From Trypanosoma brucei (Eukaryota): a stretch of 64,000 nucleotides of DNA. The stretch lies in contig CP000067.1 in the NCBI GenBank assembly GCA_000002445.1, positions 928,001 to 992,000 on the forward strand, in the 5' to 3' direction. Both the position numbers and the translations under genes were made by a program. The notes below the pieces were generated by a model. It saw only the letters and a program-made list of their open reading frames with translations. It did no database searches and had not been told where the DNA came from. Every line of letters starts with the position of its first letter. Within the stretch, counting starts at the first letter, position 1. Of this stretch, positions 10,989 to 22,679 are shown one piece after another.

Positions 10989-11501
10989 CTAAGTGAGACA
11001 CTTGCCTCCCATGGACGTGGGGTTGTCTAAGTAAAGTGAAAGCTGAGAAAGAGTGCTGCAACTAGCAAGCTCCCCCCATTCCCATAGCACAACGTCAGAA
11101 TCGCCACCGGCCGGCCGACGCAGCACAAATCCGGCAACTACGCCAAAACTGCAAGGATCTCCAGCACATTGCTCAATTACGGTCCATGGTCCTAGTGAAG
11201 TGATGGGAAAATGCGAGGGTGCTTCTGCCCCATTTGTCGTCAAATACTCATCGTGTGTATTACCAGCGCCTCGTGCCCAAGACACAACAGAGAAGAGGAG
11301 GTCCTGCTCATCGTATTCTTTTCCGGATTGCGGCCCGTCACTCTCCATAGCTCCAACAACGTCACTTTTTAGGAATAGTACGCAGCCACAAGAGGCTGTC
11401 ATGCCATCCGTCTCATTCATAATAGGTTTCTGCGTCGACTCATCAGTCACCAAGTCAGCCACAGTGCACCCCTTTGTGTAAACCCAACGTCCTGTAAACA
11501 T
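10989..11501 (-). CDS. Hypothetical protein (170 aa)
   Basis: A moderate-length ORF in the same orientation as the block, with a non-repetitive composition. No motif is recognised and it could be spurious. Confidence 0.3.
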   Translation of the reverse strand: MFTGRWVYTKGCTVADLVTDESTQKPIMNETDGMTASCGCVLFLKSDVVGAMESDGPQSGKEYDEQDLLFSVVSWARGAGNTHDEYLTTNGAEAPSHFPITSLGPWTVIEQCAGDPCSFGVVAGFVLRRPAGGDSDVVLWEWGELASCSTLSQLSLYLDNPTSMGGKCLT

Positions 11502-12043
11502 GCTTGCAAACCTTCAACCACAAACACATATAAGCCTAAGTGTTTACGTGTAAGGCAAATAATAAGAAAAACGTGCTAGCTGTCCTCCCATTAAACGCAA
11601 ACAGAAGAGAAATACCAGAAGACTATTCGTGACCACAGTAAACATAAACAGATCGTGAACCCTAATTTTTTTTCTGAGTCCCCGGTAGCACCGATCTCAA
11701 CGACTGGGGTCAAAAGCTTCCACAAAAAAATGCACCGAAGAACAAAATGCATAGTGCAAAAAATGAATTTTCTAAGGATGCCAATACATGGTAGAGATTA
11801 AAACCTATACACCAGCTCTATTCAGGTGCTATTCAGGAGGAGTACCCTCTTAGCATAACCCACAAAATTTGTCAACCTGAGGTAAAAAACATATGACAAC
11901 AACAGCTCGAAACAATAAATACATCTTCAAAGGTACATCTTCGACACCAACACGACACTTTTATAACCTAAGAACGAGTAGCACTGTAAACCTTTGGTGG
12001 CATCCCACGTGCAAGAGAAAAAAACAAAAACCTTGAAGGTTGT

Positions 12044-15000
12044 TTAATGCTTTTCCTTATTATTTAAAAAGGAAACCTCGTGTATCTGATCTCCAGGGAC
12101 GTGACAAGCGTTACCCGCATCAATTACAAATGCGGACATAAGCGCTTCAGGGCGATCAGTAATCAGTTTCATCCATTCGTTTCCGTCAAACACCTTAACG
12201 TGACGCGTGATGACCTTCTCCTTCTTGGTGGTGGGATCAGTCCACAACTCACAGTGCTCCCGCAAAAATACCAATTCCTTTTCTTTTGACGCACAGAGTG
12301 ACTCCAATGCGCTGTTTGTACCATTCAGTCCCTTCAATTGAGTTAGTAAGTCAACTATCTCTGCTTCAAGTGTAGCTAATGCAGTTTCTTTTTCAGATGA
12401 TAAAAGGGTCAGTTTTTCCTCTAAATGCTTAACCTTACACTGCAGTGCGCTATTGGCTGAGTCAGCCTCGAGTAGCCGCGCGCTAGTATCCTCGGCCAAC
12501 AACTCCTTCTCCGACAGACGTTGGGTCACCTCCTCTGCGAGCCTCTTATTCTCGGCAACCTTCAGCTCCAGCTCTTCTGCAAGTTTCTCATTCTCGGCAG
12601 CCTTCAGCTCAAGCTCTTCTGCAAGTTTCTCATTCTCGGCAGCCTTCAGCTCCAGCTCTTCTGCAAGCTTCTCATTCTCGGCAGCCTTCAGCTCAAGCTC
12701 TTCTGCAAGTTTCTCATTCTCGGCAACCTTCAGCTCCAGCTCTTCTGCAAGTTTCTCATTCTCGGCAGCCTTCAGCTCAAGCTCTTCTGCAAGTTTCTCA
12801 TTCTCGGCAACCTTCAGCTCAAGCTCTTCTGCAAGCTTCTCATTCTCGGCAGCCTTCAGCTCAAGCTCTTCTGCAAGTTTCTCATTCTCGGCAGCCTTCA
12901 GCTCCAGCTCTTCTGCAAGCTTCTCATTCTCGGCAGCCTTCAGCTCAAGCTCTTCTGCAAGTTTCTCATTCTCGGCAGCCTTCAGCTCAAGCTCTTCTGC
13001 AAGCTTCTCATTTTCGGCAGCCTTCAGCTCAAGCTCTTCTGCAAGCTTCTCATTTTCGGCAACCTTCAGCTCAAGCTCTTCTGCAAGCTTCTCATTCTCG
13101 GCAGCCTTCAGCTCAAGCTCTTCTGCAAGCTTCTCATTTTCGGCAACCTTCAGCTCAAGCTCTTCTGCAAGCTTCTCATTCTCGGCAGCCTTCAGCTCAA
13201 GCTCTTCTGCAAGTTTCTCATTCTCGGCAACCTTCAGCTCAAGCTCTTCTGCAAGCTTCTCATTCTCGGCAGCCTTCAGCTCAAGCTCTTCTGCAAGTTT
13301 CTCATTCTCGGCAACCTTCAGCTCAAGCTCTTCTGCAAGCTTCTCATTCTCGGCAGCCTTCAGCTCAAGCTCTTCTGCAAGCTTCTCATTTTCGGCAGCC
13401 TTCAGCTCAAGCTCTTCTGCAAGTTTCTCATTCTCGGCAGCCTTCAGCTCAAGCTCTTCTGCAAGCTTCTCATTTTCGGCAGCCTTCAGCTCAAGCTCTT
13501 CTGCAAGCTTCTCATTCTCGGCAACCTTCAGCTCAAGCTCTTCTGCAAGCTTCTCATTTTCGGCAGCCTTCAGCTCAAGCTCTTCTGCAAGCTTCTCATT
13601 CTCGGCAACCTTCAGCTCAAGCTCTTCTGCAAGCTTCTCATTCTCGGCAGCCTTCAGCTCAAGCTCTTCTGCAAGTTTCTCATTCTCGGCAGCCTTCAGC
13701 TCAAGCTCTTCTGCAAGTTTCTCATTCTCGGCAGCCTTCAGCTCCAGCTCTTCTGCAAGCTTCTCATTCTCGGCAGCCTTCAGCTCAAGCTCTTCTGCAA
13801 GCTTCTCATTTTCGGCAGCCTTCAGCTCAAGCTCTTCTGCAAGCTTCTCATTCTCGGCAGCCTTCAGCTCAAGCTCTTCTGCAAGTTTCTCATTCTCGGC
13901 AGCCTTCAGCTCAAGCTCTTCTGCAAGTTTCTCATTCTCGGCAACCTTCAGCTCAAGCTCTTCTGCAAGCTTCTCATTTTCGGCAACCTTCAGCTCAAGC
14001 TCTTCTGCAAGTTTCTCATTCTCGGCAGCCTTCAGCTCAAGCTCTTCTGCAAGTTTCTCATTCTCGGCAGCCTTCAGCTCAAGTTCTTCCATGAGTCTTT
14101 GTACCTGAACATTAAGATTCCGGATGTCACTGCGACTTTTGTTATTTTCAAGAACTAGTTGTTCGTTTTCAGCGGTTTTTCTCTGTATCTCCTCCGCCAA
14201 GCGCTCGTTCTGCAGGGTAACTCCGGACCTATCCCTTTCTTCTCTTTCAAGTTCCTCATGCATATTGTGCAGTTGCTCGCTTAGGCTTTGATTTTCTGCC
14301 ATAAGTTGCTCTAATCTGTCGTGGAGATTTTCTCGCTCGTCATTGGCTTGTTGAAGCTGCTGTCGCAACAGATCGTTTTCTTGCTGGAACTGGTTACTTC
14401 GATGCATATGGTCGTTGTACTCATCCAACGTCACCGAAAGCAGTGGTTCACTACTTATTTCGTCTGCGCTAACCATTTCCTGAAACGGCTTGGTTTGCGT
14501 CCCAATGGGTCGTAACGTAGGTTCAAGAGAGCGAACCTTGTGGGCATTTTGCCGTTTCTCTCTGTATGCCATGAGTTCCGCCTCCTGTTTGTCGAACAAC
14601 TCTTCTAGGTTGTTATAATGCTTTCGCAACTCTTCCAGCAATGCAGTTGTCTTGATATGGTCATCGATCTCACCCTCAAGCCTCTGCTGAAGATCAGATA
14701 TTTCCCTATCGCGCGCCTCAATGTGTGCTTGTGCGCTCTTCTCGGCCGCCCTGAGTGCCTCCAACTGTTCATCTAACTGTTCCAGATTCTCTAAGAGTCC
14801 CTCAATTTCCGCCTGTTTCTCTTCCAAGCGTTGAGTCATTTCTGAAAGCCCCTGCTCAGACAGTCTTGATTTCTCCTCCATCTGCCGAAGCTCGGCTTCG
14901 AGCCTCTCACACTCCGCTTCTAACTTTTCCTTTTCTTCCGAAACACCGCTTAACTCTGCCAGAAGGTCGTCCTGGGCGTTGAGAAGATTCTGGCACTGCT

Positions 15001-17122
15001 CCCGCTGCCGCTCTAGCTCCCGTTCAACTTGGTCACAGTGCTCCGTTTGCTCGCGGAGCTCGTCAAGGGTCACGCAGTAAACCGGTTCCGCGGTATCGTC
15101 CCCTCTGAAAGTCGACAAATTGCGCTGTGCACGTATTTGATTCGCCTGGGTTTTTTGGAGTTTCAATAACTCAAGTTCACTCGCCTGGTTATCGGCAAGA
15201 TCCCTAAGCTTTTCAACCAAATCACGCAAACGACCGATCTCAGCATGAAGCTCACCATTTCGCTGTCGCAGCGACTCCTGTTCGCGCATGGTTGATGCTG
15301 TCTGCCGGCGAAACTCCTCGGCGGATTTCTCAAGCGTGTACTGCAGTGAACGGTTCTCGTTATGGATTTTGTCCAGAAGCATAAGCAGGTCTCCTATCTC
15401 GCTTTCATACGCATCCTTATCGCCTACGCGGCCCTTCATAGCAACCTCTTCAATAAACTTGTCGAACGTCATACCGCGGAATGCATGCTCCCTGAGATCA
15501 AATGCGCGGCACACCTCAACAATTGCACGATCCAAACCCTTTTTGGGTTGGTCGACGTCGCAAAGCATCCGATCCATTCCACGGGAAGGAAATTCTTGCA
15601 GCCGCTTATTTATCTCCGCGGCAGTTTGTTTCACTGGGTGTTGAACGTCAAACGACACCTGTAGCTTCTCCGATGTAGCAGTGAACTCAATATTCCTAAT
15701 AGCATCCTCAGGAACATGGCAGGCCGCAGCCTGCTCGGTCCTGAATGTCGACAGAAGCTCCTCTGGCTTGCGTTCAACAACCTTCGACCACTCCCTCCCC
15801 GGATAAGACTTTCTGTGCTTGGTGGTGACGGTGGGTTCGTTCCGGTACATCCAACGCTCATCATGGCTGCTCAGTTCCTTGATAATTTCTTGTAAGTCCT
15901 TAATATTATTTGCAGAATCGCCTCTGGGGGCCTCAACAGACCTTAACCCGACGTCGGTTTCGATTCTTTCACGACGCGGAGCATTTGTCTTGCCTGCGTT
16001 TGTAAACAAACTGAACACGAAACGCTCCTGTAAATTCAAACGCCTTTCTTCAAGTTCGCTCGTGTACATTGAAAGGCAATGAAGCTCGGCCATCGCCTCC
16101 ATGTAGCTGTTAGATAAATGAGAAAAGTGATCATTTATCTGGAGGCGAGTTTGCTCTGCCTTATCGAGTATCAACCCCACTTCATCGTCAGTTAATACGC
16201 AGTCCTGTGCTGAAGGATCAACTCCCACAATGGATATGACGGAGGAGAGGGGAGCCTTAAGCTGCACCGACGTTTTGGTGAATGATGTTAACTGACCTCC
16301 GAATGTCGGCGTCCCTCCCCGTTCGAGCTCCTCCTTCAGCTTCATCACCTTCAAACGGCAGCCCTTCATTCCCGCAATGCAGTTTGCAATGGCATCATTT
16401 TGTTCCTGCACTCGTGTGTCCGTTGTCAGACGGCAGTACGCTTCCTGATACGCTAAAGCACTTAATACCCAGTGATGTAAGCTGCTGATTGCCTCAGAAT
16501 CTCGTGATGCAGCCAGTGACGAAAGACGCTGCTCGTTTAGTGATGAACATATCTCTTCAGCGTTAGGGTACGTTTTCCCAGTGATGTCTGCGCTTATGAA
16601 ATCTGCAATGGCATTCGGCCTCCGGTATTCCATACGAATGTCGTCCCATGTGGAGCAGTTGGTTACTGTCGGGTCGTTTTGTGCCAGCGCGAGCACAGAC
16701 TTGAGAACCTCAACGGCAACTGGAGAGGGGCATGCTTGAGACGTTACTTCCCGCATGTGCACTTCGTCAACGCTCGCCACACGCGCCTTGGCATCCTCAA
16801 ACACGGCGCGTGCGGCAGAAACGCGGTCTTCGTTTTCGCTGCGGATGGCAGCCAGTTTATCACGCGCACTGGAGAGCTGCTCCTGAAACACGCCCATGCG
16901 CTTCATCTCCTTCTGAATTTCGCTGGATATATTGTGCTTCAGCGTCTCGCAGCTACCTTCATTGACTGCCCACTGCTCCACGACAACAACATGTTTGTCG
17001 GAAGAGACGACCGTGCCCAAAGCCCACTGCCAGTGCTCTCCGTTTGCCAAATGATCGAATGCAATAACTTGGCCAGGCTGTAAAGTTAGTGGGTTTTCAC
17101 TGATAACATTCAGAAGAGCCAT
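12044..17122 (-). CDS. Large repetitive coiled-coil protein (1692 aa) with a central array of 14-aa repeats; FAZ/cytoskeletal repetitive-antigen type
   Basis: This is a 5.1-kb ORF. Its centre consists of about 37 tandem copies of 'ELELK(A/V)AENEKLAE' (42 bp). The flanks are heptad-rich coiled coil with many E/L/K/Q residues. A roughly 45-aa motif 'EW.K......PE.L.S.F......ACHVP.D.I...F' recurs three times: near the N-terminus, in the middle and at the C-terminus. The architecture matches trypanosome flagellum-attachment-zone and cytoskeletal repetitive proteins. My recollection that T. brucei FAZ1 is this size with 14-aa repeats is unverified. Confidence 0.8.
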   Translation of the reverse strand: MALLNVISENPLTLQPGQVIAFDHLANGEHWQWALGTVVSSDKHVVVVEQWAVNEGSCETLKHNISSEIQKEMKRMGVFQEQLSSARDKLAAIRSENEDRVSAARAVFEDAKARVASVDEVHMREVTSQACPSPVAVEVLKSVLALAQNDPTVTNCSTWDDIRMEYRRPNAIADFISADITGKTYPNAEEICSSLNEQRLSSLAASRDSEAISSLHHWVLSALAYQEAYCRLTTDTRVQEQNDAIANCIAGMKGCRLKVMKLKEELERGGTPTFGGQLTSFTKTSVQLKAPLSSVISIVGVDPSAQDCVLTDDEVGLILDKAEQTRLQINDHFSHLSNSYMEAMAELHCLSMYTSELEERRLNLQERFVFSLFTNAGKTNAPRRERIETDVGLRSVEAPRGDSANNIKDLQEIIKELSSHDERWMYRNEPTVTTKHRKSYPGREWSKVVERKPEELLSTFRTEQAAACHVPEDAIRNIEFTATSEKLQVSFDVQHPVKQTAAEINKRLQEFPSRGMDRMLCDVDQPKKGLDRAIVEVCRAFDLREHAFRGMTFDKFIEEVAMKGRVGDKDAYESEIGDLLMLLDKIHNENRSLQYTLEKSAEEFRRQTASTMREQESLRQRNGELHAEIGRLRDLVEKLRDLADNQASELELLKLQKTQANQIRAQRNLSTFRGDDTAEPVYCVTLDELREQTEHCDQVERELERQREQCQNLLNAQDDLLAELSGVSEEKEKLEAECERLEAELRQMEEKSRLSEQGLSEMTQRLEEKQAEIEGLLENLEQLDEQLEALRAAEKSAQAHIEARDREISDLQQRLEGEIDDHIKTTALLEELRKHYNNLEELFDKQEAELMAYREKRQNAHKVRSLEPTLRPIGTQTKPFQEMVSADEISSEPLLSVTLDEYNDHMHRSNQFQQENDLLRQQLQQANDERENLHDRLEQLMAENQSLSEQLHNMHEELEREERDRSGVTLQNERLAEEIQRKTAENEQLVLENNKSRSDIRNLNVQVQRLMEELELKAAENEKLAEELELKAAENEKLAEELELKVAENEKLAEELELKVAENEKLAEELELKAAENEKLAEELELKAAENEKLAEELELKAAENEKLAEELELKAAENEKLAEELELKAAENEKLAEELELKAAENEKLAEELELKAAENEKLAEELELKVAENEKLAEELELKAAENEKLAEELELKVAENEKLAEELELKAAENEKLAEELELKAAENEKLAEELELKAAENEKLAEELELKAAENEKLAEELELKVAENEKLAEELELKAAENEKLAEELELKVAENEKLAEELELKAAENEKLAEELELKVAENEKLAEELELKAAENEKLAEELELKVAENEKLAEELELKAAENEKLAEELELKAAENEKLAEELELKAAENEKLAEELELKAAENEKLAEELELKAAENEKLAEELELKVAENEKLAEELELKAAENEKLAEELELKVAENEKLAEELELKAAENEKLAEELELKAAENEKLAEELELKAAENEKLAEELELKVAENKRLAEEVTQRLSEKELLAEDTSARLLEADSANSALQCKVKHLEEKLTLLSSEKETALATLEAEIVDLLTQLKGLNGTNSALESLCASKEKELVFLREHCELWTDPTTKKEKVITRHVKVFDGNEWMKLITDRPEALMSAFVIDAGNACHVPGDQIHEVSFLNNKEKH
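12540..14090 (-). repeat. In-frame 42-bp tandem repeat array (about 37 copies) inside the coiled-coil CDS
   Basis: Plus-strand unit: 'ctcggcagccttcagctcaagctcttctgcaagtttctcatt'. Variants gcc/acc (Ala/Val) and synonymous ttt/ctt, ttc/ttt changes are interspersed. The array generates two long spurious antisense ORFs (12453..14108 +, 12521..14158 +). Confidence 0.95.
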
Positions 17123-20100
17123 AATTGGAGCACTTCTAAAGCGACTTAATCCGGAGTTCGCGAATCCCTATATCCTTGCGGAAGTGCTATTTTATTTTTT
17201 CCTACCCACTGTTGTTGCTTGACTTGTTTTCCCTCTCCGATGTCGAGGAGAGAAATTTAATTTTACGTAGAGAAAAATGGCATAGGTGTATGGTCACATT
17301 TTTTTCTGTGCGACCGCAGGGGCAGGCAGAGCAAGATGATCCACATCCACCTGTTCCTTTCTTGCAGAACTCCAACCCCGACACAGAAAGGGTTTACAAT
17401 AGATATATCGGTACTGCATCAACTGCTGCAGCTTCCGAAGGAGGTTGCAGGTGTTTACCACAAGTATAAACAAAATAAATATGTTATCGCGTGCAAAAAG
17501 CTGCTTCTTAAACGCGCAAGAAAATAAAGTCCTCTGTTAATCCTTACGCACACCTCGAAGGGGCACAAAGACATGTTACGCAGAACTACGCGAAGAAAGA
17601 CGGTATTGTATGCTATCGCCCTCCCCTATAGCCACGTTAACATAAATAGTGAAACGCTGAAATGGGTTAGTCGTGCAAACGTAACACCCCTCCCGCACAC
17701 ACTCGCTGATCCCTCCTCATATACGCCTTTACTGGGGCGGGTAACGCTGCGCACGTCACTTCACATCCCTTTGCACAATAATCTTGACGCTCTGTTTGGA
17801 CCATGTGCTTTATTTCCGTTACGGAACACTACAAAGATATAAGCACCGAATGAACAGCTGTGAGGGAATCAGTCGAGTATTCAAAAAAAAAAAATGCCCC
17901 TTCCGACTATATAAGAGCAACCACATATTCGTCAATCGATTTGTTCCTTTATACGAAATTTTCTAACTGCAAAGGTAACTACAACAACCTCATTAGTAAA
18001 CAGCTAAACAAAAAATCTACACACAAACGTCGGCACGAGAGTGCCTATGAATTGAAACAAAGAAATTACAGAATACACACCCTGACACGCAAAATACGCT
18101 CGCTCGCTGACAGCGTAGGTAGGCGGGTAAAGGACAAACCACTGTAAATATTTTATTCTTAATACCTTTTCACACACGCTGAACAAAAATGTGATAACAT
18201 CGGTAACTGTCCGCTTTAGCTTGTGTTTTTCTTTAAGATACCAGTCTCTAGTAACAGAAAGCGGTAGCTGTCCTGATTATCCTTGTGAACTACAAAATCA
18301 ACGCCATTTCGTTCCTGTAAATGGTCAGATAATGTCCACAACAGTACCAGATGGTATAATATTTGATAAAATGGCACGCAATGCGACAACTTCATGGCAT
18401 CAGACAAGCAGGACAAATCAAATACTTCCACTTCGCCATCGATGCAGATTCTGTGGCGGAAGGAGCACGGCAGCACAACGGCAAGTATTAATGCTGCGCA
18501 TTCAACGACGTGCTGTTACTTGCACTCCTCATTTATTACAACAATAGGAAATACAGAACACCACCATAACCCCTCGTAAGCGTAGTGTTTTAACTTGGAG
18601 AAATCCCACACCAAAAGATACCTGGATATTCGGAAGTTGCTATAAAAACAAACACTCTATGGGTCCAACTAAGTGTATCGTGACGATCATTTTCATTTTT
18701 TTTTTCCTAATCCAGTGAGATATGCTTCTGCTTCCCTTGATCATATGTGTTGCTTCATTTTACTCCCTGGGTTTATTACTGTTCTATGCTTGATAGCCGT
18801 TTCACCTTCGGCACAGCGAAGCATTGAGAACCGGAACGGATATAAAAGCCACTTGCGCTTGGAACGAATCATTTTCGTGAGCACCGGTGATAATAAAAGT
18901 GAATGCGGCAAACTGATGGGCATAGCAGTGACCGCCACAAAAGCAACTATAGCACGACCCCTTCTCAACATGTAAATATGGTGTCCCCCTACATAGCCCG
19001 GTGTTTTGGTGCAAGTATCCGAACGACAAAGAGTAATCAATTTCCCGTTTTTCACTACAAAAATACAAGAGAACATAAGCTAAAAATACCGGATCTCACT
19101 GTATGAATAGAAACACAATAACGTGCAAACGTGCAATGCCTTGCCAACGCGTAGCTTATGTAAAGTCATCCATTTATTTACGCAACATGAAACACACACC
19201 CTGATGTTAAAAACACAGAGGTGGGACAAACCCCCCTCCTGCGGGTACGCTGTGGTAAGGAAATAAAGACATCAGACAACGTACTGTTAATTAAAGTTAA
19301 ACGAAAGTTCATTCCGTCGCCGACTGTCAGCTCAACGCATATGTATTTTTCCAAGCAGAATCATCACAGTTTTTTTCTTGATATGGATACCATTTTATAC
19401 AATAACGGCATTAACCACGTCTTTCTCAAATGACATTGCTTCGCTATCCCAACACTAACATCTGGCAACCACTCTATGTATACTCTGTTTCACATCTACT
19501 GCGTCCTGACTCTGTGATGCAGATTATAAACCTTGGTACCGCAAAATAGAAGCTTTAATAGCACTGAACCACATAGTTACTCGAAACTACCCAACGCTTT
19601 GAACCACCGCATGCAAAAGCCGGAATGAATCAGGACATGCGTAGCATCAAGAAGTAAACATAAGCTCACGGAAGTGAAATTCAACTATTTATCGCATTGG
19701 GATAACTCGAACAATGCTCCGTTAGAGACCCACCGTATGTTTCAGTTGAACGAATACTAAAAACGCTCGGTCTCTGCTTGAAAAATTTGAAGTCCCTTCT
19801 ATATCAATAACTAAGTGGTCGCGCTTCAATAGTCGTGCGCTCCAAAAGAAAGAAGGAGAGCTAGAAATTTTTCGGTGAGTATAGTACAAGAAATTTGCAA
19901 AGAGGCATGAGTAAATGAACTTCGGGGGAATGTTTGAGCAACGAGAGTACCGTATCTGAATGCGAGGTAAGACTCAGTGTACTTGTTAGTGGCGCTTACC
20001 ATCTTCACCTGCCTTGTTGACTAGTGCTGAAAAACGAGAGGAATAAAAGTGCCGCGGGCATAAAGCCAAAAGGCAAGCCAACTTGGTAATCTATTTATTT

Positions 20101-22679
20101 TTTTAACGGAGGTATCAATAATAACTTCAACAGAGGTTGAAACGAGGATACTTAGTGTGGAAAGGGCTGATGAATACATCTAGGACGCGAACCGGTAAGT
20201 ACCTTAATTTCGGGTAAATGATAATAATAATAATAACCGTATTTCTCCAGTAGTCATACCATAAACCGAGCACATGCATAATGAGTTGTTAAAACACGCA
20301 CACTATCTTCATTGTCACCAGTGTATGACACCCAACGCTGATCAAGCGCGTAGGCAACATATTACAAACGGGTGTTAAGTTGTATGAAATATGGCACTGT
20401 TTCAAATGCTACCCCCTTCTCAACAGCGTCAGTACACCTCGCACTGCAGTCGGACGAAGGCACAGATGTGACACCCAACGTCACGGTGTTTCAACAAGAC
20501 GCTTGCAGAGCGTGCAGAAAAGTGATTCCTTTGCGGCTGTGCCTATGCGCGCACCCCATTACCATCAGTACTCCCGAACAGGAACCCACCTTCCGAGACG
20601 ACAACAACGGCTGGTATAAAGATCAACGACCATGCACTTGCCAGCGCGCAGCGGACGCAACTCATAGACCCATAAAAGCATGAATTCAATAAAACAATAG
20701 CAACACCAATGTGAAAACGTCTGCGATAGCGCCGCCACCTTCATTCACCCGGTCCACTGCACTGCGCACCGCTCCCACACCGATAGGTGCCAGAGGCATC
20801 GATGAACGACTACTTCGCAGCACCTCCAAAACGGTTTTAGACAGAAATTAGCAGGGCCGCCGGCTCGCCCGGGCACTAAAGCAATCCCTTAAACTACCTG
20901 AAACCTGGCGGAAGACCCCACGGAAACGCACGGGCGGAGGCCTACAGAGAAAGGCGCCCCGCTACGCACAGGCGCCCTCGCCGGCTCACAAAAAGGAAAC
21001 CATGCGTACCTCCCACTCACGAGACACACCACAACCGCCGAACCCCATACCGTGTGGACGTCCCCCGCGCGCAGGGGGAACCACGGGTTTACTGCTGCAG
21101 TCCCGTCACCCCAGCAGCGAACACGCGGATCCCTCGCGATAGCCGAAAACAAAGCAGAGGGAAATGACTCGCGTCTGTCGGGGCCGCGGACGCCAGCGCC
21201 TCAACAGGTCAACTTTGGGCAGAACCTCCTCAGGTCGGGGACGTCAAGAGCCCCCACGTGGCACCGGGGTTGAGTACATCATTAAAGGGGAGGCCAAACG
21301 ACTGTTCGCACCCTGTCATCAGGGAGACATGGCAGCTCGCCGGCTGTTGGTTGTTGGGGTAATGGGAGAAGTGGAAACGATATTGGCTCCCTGATGTGGG
21401 AACCGATATCTTTGTTGTCCCTTGCACGCTCTTGCATGTTCCCGTGGGCGTGTAGGGGCAACTCCCGTTGTGGAGAAGATATCAGAGGCAACTGTAATTC
21501 ACCTACTGGCGTATGGTAAGGGACTGTCTCTTCAAATTTTTTTGGGGGAAAAGGAAGGCTTCTTTTGCGTTTTGAAGGGGACATACATCCACGCGACGAA
21601 GAAGTGAACTGCAAAATGATGCCTGTATTTCCGGAGCATTGATATAGCAAACCCTTCTAGGGGTTGACGAGTGTCAAAATCGGCAGAAAATAGCACAGGT
21701 AGAATGCAAGGCTCGTAACAAAATGGGGACTGGAAGAGTGCCAGCTAAACCGAAACTCGCTCAGGAGTAGTGGAACACACTCGTGTCAATATTTTTCTGT
21801 GGCCAAATCTGGAATCACCTGACCACTACTGGAAGGTTGCATGGAAGAGATAGTTTGAAGGTTTGCAGAAAGGCAATGGAGTAGCAATTCGACGAAGGAG
21901 GAAACTTAAATACCCCACATATCACGCGGAATGCTGCCTTGGAATAGGATTCCGCAGAATATGAGGGATAAATGTTATTGCCGCCTGAAGGAATAATAGT
22001 CACTTATAGGGATAGGGGTTTACGATGGGAATTAGGCAGTTCCTTCAGCTGTTGGAAGTTTTGAAGCAAATAGACAAGACAGAAAAAACAATGAACTTCC
22101 TGAGGAATCAGAGCAGGCAATGCAAAAGGCACTGACCGAAGCGCAGAGTAGAACACGATACAAATGTAGATGGTGCGATTATTAGCGTGTTCATGTGTCG
22201 GGGCCCATTCTGCACACAAGGAACAAACACTCGGTGGAAGTTGGAATGAAAAAAGATACAAATGATAAAGCATCTCCGGCATCAAAGACAGCTCCAAAGA
22301 CCCTCCAACGCTCGCAGTACAAAATGCGTGCAACAAAGTGACCTCACTGAACTCATGCAGCGGAAAGGCGAATGCAAAATAGGAAAAAAAGCACAACACT
22401 GTAAAAAGTGGGTACTACTCATCTTCCCTAAAACCGTCACAACACCCCTCCCCAGGAAGCGCTGCGTAGAGAAAGCGGTCGAAAATGCCGCAAACAGATG
22501 GTTGCCGTTTCGCATGCAACTGGCACGTTTCCATGCAAGCTATTTCAACCAAAGGATTTGGAGCTAAACACAGAGGAGCGTCAACAGACTCAAGATAACT
22601 GTCAAAGGAATTCACACTGAAACGACCATGGGTTGGGAAAAAGGAAAAGGGGGACTACTTCGCCGACGGCCAAGCCTAC

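Noticed and set aside
12453-14158. Two 545- and 551-aa plus-strand ORFs ('SASFSFSAAFSSSSS...' and 'LQLKLFCKLLILGS...')
   Set aside because: They are antisense or alternative-frame readings of the 42-bp repeat inside the minus-strand coiled-coil gene, so they are not independent genes.
17176-22600. Multiple 60-130-aa ORFs in the left part of the gene desert
   Set aside because: They lie on both strands with no domain signatures, in AT-rich low-complexity sequence. None is supported.
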